From assembly GCA_043228905.1 (NCBI GenBank), contig JBHGNT010000007.1, positions 372,001 to 436,000 of the forward strand: a DNA stretch of 64,000 bases, given 5' to 3'. Shown here one piece after another: positions 13,501 to 25,500 of this stretch (position 1 is the stretch's first letter; each line of letters starts with the position of its first letter). The stretch comes from Azolla caroliniana. Taxonomy: Eukaryota > Plantae > Polypodiophyta. The notes beneath the pieces were generated by a model. The model worked only from the letters and a program-made list of their open reading frames with translations. It was not told the origin of the DNA and ran no database searches. Both the position numbers and the translations under genes were made by a program.

Positions 13501-14426
13501 TGCCTCCACACAATCAATTTGTAGATCATCTACTTTTCCCATCATTTTCTCTTAGGATGTCCAACATGTAGAGGTTCAGAAAACATTGTATTTCGATCAC
13601 GTGAAGTTACTAATTATGAGTAATTATCTCTTGAAAATTCTATTAGGATATTTATTGTTTGCGTTTTTCTGTTTAGTTGATTCCCAATATGTCAAAAGCT
13701 TATTTTCCTCATTTTATGTCCGGTGACACTATGAAAGTTGTAGCATTTATATTCCGCGAGAAATTGTTTATTGACCACTTAAGACCGACTAATTTCGTAT
13801 CTTTATATTCATGGAAATTCTCTTTATTGATTAATCACTTGTAACAGATTACTCTATAAACTCCCCCTTGTTCATGACTTTTCACCGGTATACTTTGTTC
13901 AAGTGTGTCAATTAATCACTCCAATATACTCCCATCTCAATCCTAGTTGTACATTGTTATCTTAGGATGTTCATTTGTCTTTTCGATTGGGTAAAAAAAC
14001 TTATACTCCATAAACTAATGCTTCAGATTAATACACACTTGAATTTGTTAGTTTGTTTTATATCCAAACATTTATTTATCATTTTCTTAGAATGGCAACC
14101 TTCCGGTTTCTTCTTTTTTCTAGAATGCGAAGGCACAGGGGAGCTGAATGTGGAGGAACAGGTAATGTCTTCAAGCAAAATGCTACATGTTTTGCATCAG
14201 TTTCTCTCTCTCACTCTAACCCAACCATATGAAGAAGGATCTGAAGTTGTCTTTTCCATAAAAGGTAGTATTTTTTATATTTAACAAGGCTACTGATGTG
14301 TGTGTAATGAATGTGTTTGTATAGTTCCTGGAATGGGTAGATGAAGGTGCCAAATGCCCATATTGTGAAGGCGAAGGAGTTCTTAACTGTGATGTATGTG
14401 ATGGGAAAGGAATAAAAACTCCATAA
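10541..14426 (+). CDS. pTAC5: Plastid transcriptionally active 5 (coiled coil, peptidoglycan-binding-like domain, DnaJ-type zinc finger)
   Basis: Exons 10541-10598, 11061-11122 (Ser-rich transit-peptide part, less certain but phase-consistent), 11841-12533, 12621-12716, 12844-12948, 13081-13396, 14124-14161, 14325-14426. Motifs: WLREEKRWLREEERW repeats, LKRGSEGDDVKAMQEALEKLGFYSGEEDMEYS, VYLLGENRWEEPSRL, four CxxCxGxG. Confidence 0.92.
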
Positions 14427-16435
14427 GGTTTCATTCATATGGAGAGACCACTTTTTCGAGGAAGAAATGGTTGGTTTGGAGAGCACTTGCCATTCCACTT
14501 GCCACATATGGACGTGTACCACATATTTACTTCATAGCCAGAAAGGAATGTGTTTGATTTCTCAAATACAAATGTTTGAATTGGTCTTGGATGTTCTGTG
14601 TTTATGCATTATCTAATGTACCTTTGTTCATCACTCTGGAAATGTATATGTATGTTCAAGCAACATTAATTTGTGAAGAAATACCTTTGCCAAGAAAGTT
14701 AAGAGTGTCTTAAATATTCATCAAAAGTTTCTTTAGCAATTGTTGAACCTACTCCTTTTGAAATTTGTACATAACAAAAATCCTTATGAGGGTTTTCCAG
14801 CTGCATTCAGCAGTTTTCTTATTGATTTTGTTTTTTTCCAATGGGAATTTCGGTGTCAAGATTGCGTGCATTTTGATGGATATGATTATTGAGTTGTATT
14901 GCTAGGAAGTATGCATGAACACATCGAATTTGCAAATGGAATGGGACATTCTAACTAGCATAAAATCATATGTAATTCACAAAGTGGTGCACTAACAGGG
15001 TTCAGAATATGTTGAGATGCATATTTTTCATTGTGGATATATTTATTTGGATATGTCTATAACCTATTGCGAGCATGCGGAATATGCAAATACATTAAGG
15101 ATTGATTGTGTGAAATTTGGAAGGTACAGTCTAGACACCCCTTTAAGTAAGGGGTAATATCAACTACACCCATTGCATTTCCCAAGGTAGGCTAAAAATA
15201 ATAGGGTGCATCTCTTGTAAGTTTGATCCTTAGTATTCTCTTGAAAAAATAATAGGGTAAAGTAATTTTTATTTCATTCTTGTGTGTTTTTCAAACTTTG
15301 TAATGAGGGCTATATTGCACGAAAGATAGAATGAATAAAATCTTGGGAACGAAAAAAAAACTATATAAGCACATTCTCAAATGTTTTCGAGGACATGGTT
15401 TTATTATTATGTGGAGCACATGATAGCAAATTGGATGTCATTCATACATTTCTCCATGTAAACTTATGATGTTGATTCTCTTTTACATGTTCGAATACAT
15501 ATAATTCCAATAGAAATCAATCATACACAATATGTAGCTTTGGGTAGTAAAGAATAAGATTTGGTATGTTCATGCTGGATAGAATCACACCTATGGGACC
15601 GAGACAAATATTTTTTTCTTTAAGTGACAATCCCAATAGATGATGTGCACATATTGCACAATTGCATGATCATTAGTGGTGAATCAAATGGTTTGGTAAA
15701 GAATGCTTTACCAACATGTCACATCTTATCTTTCATTAAAGCAAGAGAAATCATTAAATTTTAGAAGTGAAGTTGAAGTCGTCTAACCCTCGTCTACATA
15801 CATTTATTTCCCTTCATTTCATGAAATGCGTCAACCTCCTCCAATATTTTTAGGAGAGTTGGCAATTATGCTTTTGGTTTTAGGAAAGACTTCAAGGTTT
15901 GTTTCGCTATCATGTACATACATACCTTGAACATCTCTCTCTCAAAGCTAAAGGAGCTTTAGCTCTTGGAGGTCTTGTGAAGTTAACCCTAGGTCTTTTA
16001 ACTTCACCTTATGCTTTTCTCTTGCCCTTCGTCGCCTTCTATTTCGCGTCTCCCTAGTTAGGGTGGCCAATCCAAGCAAAAACAACCTTTCGAGAAGTTC
16101 TGGATAAGATAAAAAAAAGAAGAAGAAGGTTATGAGTCATCTTCTGACTATCTTATCTTGTGTAGTCAAATGTGTTGAAAAGCTGCTATATGAAGTACAC
16201 GCACACGTCATAAATGGCATGGGTTCAAAACTCATAAAAGACAAAACAACAAAGTTGTTGTGGATAACTACAACACTAACAAAGTTGTCGAGAATAACAT
16301 ATATATATATATATATATACACACACATAGTGATAGAAGCATTAAGAACCCACGTAGTCATAGTCAAGGAGCTCCTCAATCTATCACTCACTCTCTAGTT
16401 AAGTAAGTAGTTTTGTTGTTGATCAAGACACATTC

Positions 16436-17783
16436 ATGGAAACAAGGAAGCTTTGGATGTTGCCACTCCTAGCCCTCACTCTCATCCACTTCTCCCCATC
16501 TTCTTCTTCTTCTGCGAATCCTGCCCCGCTAGCGCTACAACTCGCGGATCTCATCGTCCCATATCCCGAGGACCCCCCACTCCGAATCACAACCATTGAT
16601 CTACTCCACCAAGGCTTGTTCGACTCGCTGGGAACTTTCAGCTCCGGGGCTGGATTTGGCCTCGATACGACCGCCAACACCACCTCCGTTTACGAGTCGG
16701 ATTGTACTCTCGCCAAGAAGTCCGGTTTCACATTCTACGAGCTCGCGCTTAAGCTCGGTGGTGGTGGTGATCATCGTGCTAATTCCAAGGTACGCTTTTC
16801 TCTAAAACCAACAGTTGTCCGACTTCCATACAAATGCGATGCACCATACGGATTTGTAAGCACTCATTACGGAGTAGCGGCTCTTGGACCGGAAGCCTCG
16901 GCCCTACCCCGACAGATCTCAGCTGCCAAAGGTAGATAAGATAGCTAGCTAGTTCTTCTCTATGATCATTGCATTCCCTTGTTTCTAGTTTCTCATTATT
17001 CTTATTTTTCGAGAGGAGGAGGATTTTCGCATCAATATATGATGCTTAGATTGCATTGCCTGAGTCTTGATGTTATGGTTTTTTTCCCTCTTAACTATTC
17101 TAGTTATTGTCTGGATGATTTGTGAAGGTCTCCCTCCTACATTCGCCTTTTGCTTCCCCACTGTTAATGTAGTCAAGTCGGGCAATGGCTCCATCTTCTT
17201 TGGTGCTCGATCGTCGTCTTATCCATTCAAGCTTCCATTGCTAAGAATCCCCATGACTATTACCAATCACTACTCTCTGCGACTTACTGGCGTCCAGATG
17301 ATAAAAGGAAACAACAATGCTCCGGCGGCGAAGAAGCTTTCCTTGACAAGCAATGGCGGGCTAAGCATCACTGTTTCTACTCAATCATTTATATCCTTCC
17401 CTGGCAATGTGTACAGCTACATCTACAATGAGATTATCAACAGCCTTTCACAAAGAGGTATTCCAGAGTATAAATTTGATTTAATACCATATCCATCCAG
17501 TGGCTGCTACAATTTGACAAACGCTGATCTTCTTGCCTCTCCTAAGATCAAGCTCATTTTCTCAAGCAAGTATGTCGTGGTGCTTGATGCTTCCAACTAT
17601 TTTATTCTTACCGGAGGACTCATATCTTGTTTAAGGATTTACGAACAGGATAGTGCCATCTTTGGAACCACTGCACAACAGGGCAGGCTCGTAGAGTTTG
17701 ATTTGGAAAAGAAGACTCTTGGGATTAGTGAGCCACTTTCAAAGTTCAACTTGTCTTGTGCTCTCAAATTCCCATCAAAATAA
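16436..17783 (+). CDS. Secreted pepsin-fold (A1B) protein, TAXI/XEGIP/EDGP-like, probably non-proteolytic
   Basis: Exons 16436-16931 and 17128-17783 join in phase (AAK-G-LPPTFAFC). Signal peptide; GVAALG..ASALPRQI, FAFCFP, GSIFFG, AIFG..QQG.LVEFDLEKK.LG motifs. The Asp motifs are degenerate (LDTT, ITVST). Confidence 0.8.
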
Positions 17784-18763
17784 CCCTCAAGCAAGGCCAT
17801 ATGTAGAAAACCACAAAACCAAACTTCTTTCTGAAGTGAATTTGTGTTTTGCTGTGAGCTTTTTTAATCGAGTTTTAGTTGAAGTTACTAATAGACACTA
17901 TTACTCTCTAGGGTATGTAGTTAAAATAATATAAACTTCAGTTCAAGCTAAGAATAGTTCCGTTTATTTATGCTATCCAACGAAGCTTTGGTTGATGTCA
18001 CTCTTCTGAGATTTCCAATAGGATCTTAAGATATCGGGTGTGTTGTTTGTGCTAATTACGAACTACCACAAGCGGTGCTCTGATCAAGATTGAGCATGTG
18101 TTTCTTGCTAATTACTTGCATATACACTTCAGGTGGGTATGCCAGTACATGTCAAGTCAGAACCCGTTAAACAGAGAGAGAGCAGGCCATCCCCACAATA
18201 TTGAGCATGTGTTTCTTGCTCAATATTTGGATGTAAAACTTTGGTTGAAATTCCATTTCCATTTCAAACTTGCTTAATATTTGGAGGTGGATGATTTAAT
18301 TGAATATTCCATCACATTTCAGCTAAAGGTTAAGCATCAAATAGAGATCAAGCATGTCATTCCCACAGGTGGAAACTTATTTTGTACAACTACTTAATTG
18401 GGTTCTACTTTCTAAAGTTTAAGTAATCTCTATGTTGTCAGTGTGCATGTGCTTTGCGCGTTAGATAATGTGAGTTGCTTTGGCCATCCTAGCATAGTCT
18501 TCATAGATCACTGTCATTCTTTCACTAGCCACCAACAACAGAGTATTGGGAGCGTTATGGGATTCAATGTCTCCCAAAGAATTTTTGATGTAATTGGTAT
18601 TGTTGTCAAGGGGAATACTTCTCTCATGTATGGAGTACCCTCATAATTCTCTAATGAATAATGGATGCACATATTTCTGGGTTCTATTCACATATTTCAA
18701 GACATATGCAAAGGTCACAATCAGACATCACATAGTAAATATTTTTGACACCTTACATGTTAA

Positions 18764-20371
18764 TCATGCCAATATATGGCTTTGCCTATTTTCAGCAGCA
18801 TAAATGTTACTCATACAAACATATGCCGCAGCATGCTTTTCATCCAATCTTACTGCATGCTTGAAAGCTATTTTTGCAAGGTTTACATCTCCCCATTTTT
18901 TACAAGCACCCATCAGAGATGTCCAAACACGAAGATTATCATGAATAAGCATCTTCTTGATAATTTTAATTGCCTCATCAAACTGACCTGCACGTCCGAA
19001 AAGATTAACCATGCATGCGTGATGTTCAAAACTGGGTAGGATGCCATAGCTTATGCTCATACTCTCAAAGAACATTTTCCCTTTATTTAGCAATCCCGAG
19101 TGACTACATGCATTAAGCATAATATTGAATGTGATGAGGTCTGGCTTAACACCATCTACTATCATTCTTTCAAATAATTTCACAAAAATCTCATCTTTTC
19201 CAAGCTGTGAATAGGCCATGATTAATGCACTCCAGGATGCTACATTTCGAACTGGAAGTATGTCAAACACTTCTTGTGCTTTCATAAGTGAACCACATTT
19301 TGCATACATATCTACCAGTGCAGTGCCAAGCAAAACATCTTTTTCTAGCAAACCATCTATACATACAATCTTAGTATGAACTTCCTCACCCTTGTGAATC
19401 ATTCCTGTATCACCACATGCTTTCAAGATGGACACAAAGGTAATAACATTTGGTGATAAACCCTCGCAATGCATCCTTTGGAAAGAATGAATAGCTTCTT
19501 CAACATGCTTACGCTGGTCAGCATATCCTGCAATCAATGCATTCCATAAGACTTCATTCCTAACACAACACTGGTCAAATGCTTCTAGTGCCTTCGCAAT
19601 TGCACCACATTTGGCGTACATATCCACTAGTCCAGTACTCACAAATATATCTTTTCCAACTAGGCCAGCTCGGATAATCTCCCTATGTATTTCTTCACCC
19701 TTGACATTCTCTCCAAGGCTACTACATGCTTTTAGAATGGAAACATATGTTAGTGCATTGGCTTTTAGGCCACCTCTTTGCAACTCTTCATAACACTGCA
19801 ATGCTTCTTTACCATGGCCACATTGGGCATATCCAGTAATGAGAGCTGTCCATGAAACCACTGTGTGAACTCGAAGATGATCAGATGCATTGCGTGCATT
19901 TATAATGTCTCCACATTTTACATACATATCAACCAATGCAGCCCCCACAAATATGTCATTTTCTATAACCTCTACTCTGATTATCTCAGCATGTATTAAT
20001 TTTCCCTTGTCATGGTCTTGTAGTTTTCCACATGCTTTGAAAAGGCAACAAAATGTGATTGCATTGGGGGCTAATCCTTCACAAAGCATCCTTTGAAAAC
20101 AAGTGAAAGCTTCATTGTTATTATTATTGCTGTTATTATTGGCATATCCTGTGATTAATGTATTCCATGAGACAACATCTCGGAAAGATAGCCAGTCGAA
20201 TACATCATTGGCCTTTTTCAAAGCTCCACATTTAGTATAGAAACTAACCAAAGTATTGCCAAGATAGGGATCTTTTGCAACACAATCACCTTTAAGGATA
20301 TCAGCATGTGCTCTGCTCAAATCCTTGTGATGACCAAAAACCTTCAGAGAGGCTCCAACATGAGCCTTCAT
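18764..20371 (-). CDS. PLS-class pentatricopeptide repeat protein with truncated E domain, no DYW
   Basis: 535-aa intronless ORF with repeated P-L-S units (LVDMYAKCG, VVSWNTLITGYA, ITFVSILKAC), then P2-L2-S2-E (ACSHSGLL, HACMVNLFGRAG, WTSLMGAC, YVCMSNIYAA) and a stop. Confidence 0.93.
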   Translation of the reverse strand: MKAHVGASLKVFGHHKDLSRAHADILKGDCVAKDPYLGNTLVSFYTKCGALKKANDVFDWLSFRDVVSWNTLITGYANNNSNNNNNEAFTCFQRMLCEGLAPNAITFCCLFKACGKLQDHDKGKLIHAEIIRVEVIENDIFVGAALVDMYVKCGDIINARNASDHLRVHTVVSWTALITGYAQCGHGKEALQCYEELQRGGLKANALTYVSILKACSSLGENVKGEEIHREIIRAGLVGKDIFVSTGLVDMYAKCGAIAKALEAFDQCCVRNEVLWNALIAGYADQRKHVEEAIHSFQRMHCEGLSPNVITFVSILKACGDTGMIHKGEEVHTKIVCIDGLLEKDVLLGTALVDMYAKCGSLMKAQEVFDILPVRNVASWSALIMAYSQLGKDEIFVKLFERMIVDGVKPDLITFNIMLNACSHSGLLNKGKMFFESMSISYGILPSFEHHACMVNLFGRAGQFDEAIKIIKKMLIHDNLRVWTSLMGACKKWGDVNLAKIAFKHAVRLDEKHAAAYVCMSNIYAAENRQSHILA

Positions 20372-20447
20372 CCATACTCAAGCCATTACCACGTCTATTT
20401 GAACTCCAATATGACTTCGTTCATCAAGAAAATGTTGAATATTAGAA

Positions 20448-20463
20448 TAAACCCTAAAACCCT
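20448..20463. promoter_or_regulatory. Telo-box (AAACCCTA) pair near the PPR 5' end
   Basis: TAAACCCTAAAACCCT seen directly; telo-boxes are common near plant transcription starts. Confidence 0.4.
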
Positions 20464-22520
20464 CTAGTTTCATGAAGATATGGTAATCATTACCCTAAAG
20501 TCCAGCAACAAAAACATAAAACCTTGTTGATGACATCAAGAAATACCCACTGTCTGATGTTTATTTACTCGTCTGTTTCTTCGCCATCGTACACAAAACC
20601 TATCCTATCTCTGTATCTGAACCTCAATTACGCAGTTAAGTAAGGTGTCACCACCAATGTAGGTCCCAAGATAATGGTGGGTTACCGGCAAAAGTCCATG
20701 GATCTTGAGGTGTGACGAGGCATTCGATGAATGAATCGTTGCACCTCGAACAATAATATTGCAGAGCTATCGACCATGGATGGACCCATCCCTTATCATG
20801 ATCTCCACCTTAATTTGCATGAAGCTTTCACGATATAAAGTTTTCGAAAACATCCTATTCATTGAAATCAGTGATCTCTGCCTTAATCACTGAGCCTGCA
20901 TATCCGTAGAGCACTTACTCTTTCCAAAACTATTGGATTAGATTAGACCTACTCTTCACACCCTTTTTTCACCTCAACATTACACGCACCGACTTCACAT
21001 CCTGTCCTTTTTTCGAGTTTTTCATAATTATATTAGATCTTCGACGTCGACTCAAGGCTCATTTCACACAATCGCTTCAAAATAATCAGAAAAGCCAGCA
21101 ATATTTGTCTTCCCAGAGAAGCCCAACGCGGATGAAATGGTCAGATCTGCATTGTAAATAGTTAGACACAGCACGTTTAATTAATTAACCGTCACATTTT
21201 GATCCATGTTCCAATAATTAAGAATCAAGGCGCCCCATTAAAATGTCTAAGGAAATGACATGTCTTGTCTTCCTGTTTTGTATCATGCCACAAACTTTTA
21301 ACTCATTTATAATAACCTATTAGACATTATATGCGCATATTATTAAGGTTTTCTTGTTTACAAAGAGAGAACTATGGACATAGCGTAAGGAATTAGGACA
21401 TTTTGTTGCGATGTTTTTAGAACTCCATGTAAGCCAAGCCATTATGCAACAGATTCGTCATCATTCTCAAGCACAATTACTAGGGAAGGTCCACACCTAA
21501 AGTGACTTGACATGTTGTTGCACCCACTCAACTCTAGCATGTGCAATACAACAATTACCATAGGGGGAAACACCACAATATCCCCAATTCATAATATAAG
21601 CACCATCATACCTCTTTATGTTCTCAAAAATACCAGAATACCCCAGTACTCACAGATATTGTCTTACATGGTGTCTTTTTATGATTTCACCAAGTATGAC
21701 CCAATGTCGGTATGCATTCTTTATGATCATTTTCATTTATACAAGAAGAAAATGGGAATTCGGATTTAGTAATAGATTGTCAATGAGTTTGTGCATCTAA
21801 TAATAATGCTAACTAATATCATTAGAGCATAGATTAGTTCACTAATCACAAAAAGAGGCCATGCGTTGAGTTGGGAGTTCTGAGGATGGGGAGAGTGAAT
21901 GTTGAAATATACATGGGTACTATATATTTTTTGTGGCTACCACCATGAATATGAGCATTATGGGATGGAAACGTGATTTTCCACCTCATGAAGAGAGATG
22001 GAAATGTGATGCAAGAACCCTTTCAATCCAAGAAATTATCCATATGAACCAAACATCTTAGGAGCTACAGCATGAAATATAATGTCATAATTAACTTTCA
22101 TGTAGCATATAAGTCTTTAAAAAACTGACTGCAATATTTCATTATTGGACACTTCTTAATAAACTAAATGTGAATATAATCACTTAGATTCAAACATGTG
22201 TATGTGGAAGGAAGTCTTTAAACTTGCCCTTAAGAGCATGTCCTCAATCCATTCCAATGGACATCATGTCCAGCAGAAAAGGAATGACAAAATAAAAGGC
22301 ACCTTCTGATGACTGATATTTTTATTCATGAATTTTATAATCATGCCACATTAAAAAATGAAATACTTGGACGGAGAACAGAGTTTATTTTCGTATTATC
22401 ACCCAGCCACATTTTGCATCCGATTCCTTGTTTTTTCTCAGGGTTTTGACTCATAAAACATTCTTCAAACAAATTTATGGCTAGGAACAGTCTCATTCAC
22501 ACTACCATTTAACAAACTTA

Positions 22521-25500
22521 TCAAGAAGGAGCCCCCAAGTAAGAGGCAAGTCGCAAGAGGTCACTAAACACGCCTCCAGCAGTCACCTCAGCTCCAGCAC
22601 CCGGACCCCTCACAATGAGTGGTTGCTTGAAATATCGTAGAGTAGTGAATGCAATTATGTTGTCACTGCCTTCTAGCTGTGCAAATGCATGTGATTTAGA
22701 ATATCGCCGGAGCTCCACACTTCCAGTTTTTGCAATCATATCAACCACCCCTACATACCGTAAAACCTACAAATTTTCCACACATTCAGATTTACGCCAC
22801 CATACTAAAATAGTGCATAGCATGTAGCATCATGAGCACATGAGTGGAAAATTTTACATATCTCTAAGCGCTTCGAAGGTAAGATGAACTAAAATAGGCA
22901 TATAATAAATTTCGTAGTCACATTAATCTTAATTTGGGTATCTCCGCTACAATAGTGAATCTAATATTATTGCATCACCAAAACAGTGATAACTTTAGTC
23001 ACCTCGTTGGTGCTCTCTGCTTCTTTCCTTAGCTTTTCTATCTCTCCATCATGATCTTGGAGTCTCTTCAGAAAGTCCTCTGTTGAACAAGCCTCCTGTA
23101 CATGCACATGCTCTCTTTTAAATGTTACTCATATTTATTTACATCTCTCTCTCTCACACACTAGCTATATCCTGGTAATAAGCCGTATTTTTATGAATAT
23201 TTAGATCTGCGCACTCAATGACAGTGTGGAATGTAGAAGTTGAACTTATGACCTTCTAATTTTCCAATGTACAACTAAGCTAGATCTGTTTGGTCATCTC
23301 TTTCCTCCAAAAGAATGCAACACACAAACAAAGCAATAGTGGTGTGATAGAAAAAATCCATACATTACTTTTTGGTAATATGGAAATACACTGCTGGTTT
23401 TCTTTTCTTCCGTGCCTTGTTAGCAATGGACACGGTTTCGGCTCAAACCGAACCGAACCGTTAAGCCATGGTTTAACGGTTTATTGGTTCCAAACAAATT
23501 TAATGGTATGGTTTGGTTTGGATTCTCAATAAACAGTTCGGTTCGGTTCTAAAACTCAGGTTTATAGGTTTACAAGTTTGGTTTAAAGGTTTAAGGGTTT
23601 ATAGGTTTTTGGTTAACTTTTGTTTTTTTACCTTAATAGTTTATTGATGTAATGGTTTAATTAATGTTTTTTTATTGATTTAATTAATTTAACTTAAATG
23701 TTTATTTAATTTAATGGTTCAATTAAAGTTTCTTTTATTGATTTAATAAAATTAACTTAAATGCTTATTTAATTTAATCTATTTTTGTTTCTTTAGATGT
23801 TTAAATAGTTTGACTTAAGTGATTAGGTTTAAATTTTTTATTAAATGGTTCAGTTTGGTTTCACCTTTTCCCTAAACGGTTTGGTTGTAAATGGTTTGGT
23901 TTTAACTTTTTCTTAAATGGTTTGGTTTAAATACTGAGAGTTCATAAACCGTTTGGTTTGGTTTTGTTTTAAATAAACGGTTTGGTTTCAGTTTGGTTTG
24001 GTTTCTTTGCCTTGAAACCGAACCATGCCCATTGCTAGGCCTTGTCTTCAAGAAGCATAGGGCTTTTGTGTGCTTCCATCCACAACAATTAAAAATTTTG
24101 GTGGTAGTTTCTAACTGAAGCTGCTATAGCTCTTGATGGGTTTTTGCACTGTTTTGTATTGAAATGCCATAAAGTTATAAAGCTATAGATCTTGATGGAT
24201 ATTTGCACTGGTTTGTCTCCAGACATCTGTATCAGGTGGCTACATTGTTTCCGCTTAATGTGAAAAGGCCTAAATTACGATATTATATCCAATCTAATAT
24301 GTTATAAAAGCCTGGAAGGCAAGATATTTCAAATAATCTTCAAATTTTTATTTTAACATGATTTTGGGTGAATAGTATCTGCAATCCCACATTTTGTTGT
24401 AACAGTGGACCAATCTTTAAAAAACTTAGTCATCAAAATAGTCAAACATTTCCAAAACTGTAATTTTTCATTTGTGATATACGGACTGATAATCAATGCA
24501 TGGTCATCTCACATCGGACTTTTTCCCTGGTGGTCTTGCATGAAAATCTCTGAGGTGTATATTGGAAGGGCCTGCGGGTTCTCAATGCGTGTGTATTGGC
24601 TCTATGTCTAAGGTGTGAAATCAAGACAGCATCGTGCATCCTTCTGGTAGGTTGTGATCTTGTAGACACTATCAGCGATATTACAAAAAGTGCAGTGGAG
24701 AGTGCTTGACACATCAGGGATTTGTTAAGCTTGACGTTACCAATCAGAATACTTGAACAAGCTATAGTAAATCCTCTTATTGCATGTTGCCACTCTCCAG
24801 AATTGGATCCATCAAAAGATCATGAGCAGCTTCAAAGAGCTACAGAAACTAAAGCAGCTAGGTCTTGTATGCCATTTAAGTTGGAAAACAAGTTCTAATT
24901 TGATTGACGGCTTCCTTACATTCAAAAGCTCTGGTACTAAACAAGATACCACATTTCTTTCAGCATTAAAGGTCACTGACACATTTACGTATAGTGCCTT
25001 CTTCTCTAGATCATTTAGTTTCTTCTTTAGTTATACTAGAGGTAAATTTGCTCTCAACACAGAATTACGAATATGATTACTTGCTTTCAGCATAGGATTA
25101 AGGGTATGCTTACTTACCCGCAAGGGCTCAGGTACTAAGCTCTGTATTGGAACACTTTCTAGTTCCAGCTTCAACCCTGATTCTCTTGCAAGTATCGTAA
25201 CCTAATAATATTGGCAGTAAACGTTTCTCAAAAATGTATTAATATTTTGGGCTCTCTATTACTAGTAAACCTACGTTCATATAAGCTAACCTTTCTTGCA
25301 ACATCCATGCCTGAGAGGTCATCACGAGGATCTGGTTCTGTATAACCTGCAGCCTTTGCTTCCAGGACAATCTGACTAAAGGTCTTATTTCCATTGAAAT
25401 TGTTGAAAATATAGCTCAATGTTCCACTGCAAATACCTCAAAAAACATCATTCAAAATCTGCTACGAAGCTATAATTGTTTTACTGTATAGCATTTCCTA

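Noticed and set aside
20440-20510. Telomerase RNA candidate (TAAACCCTAAAACCCTCT...CATG...ATGG resembles the plant TR template region)
   Set aside because: There is no downstream G-rich strand to pair with CCCTC for the pseudoknot, and its 5' end and Pol III promoter would fall inside the PPR CDS. A telo-box explains it better.
20522-20622. C/D-box snoRNA (TGATGA...CTGA...CTGA)
   Set aside because: No terminal stem, no C' box and no convincing guide sequence on this strand.
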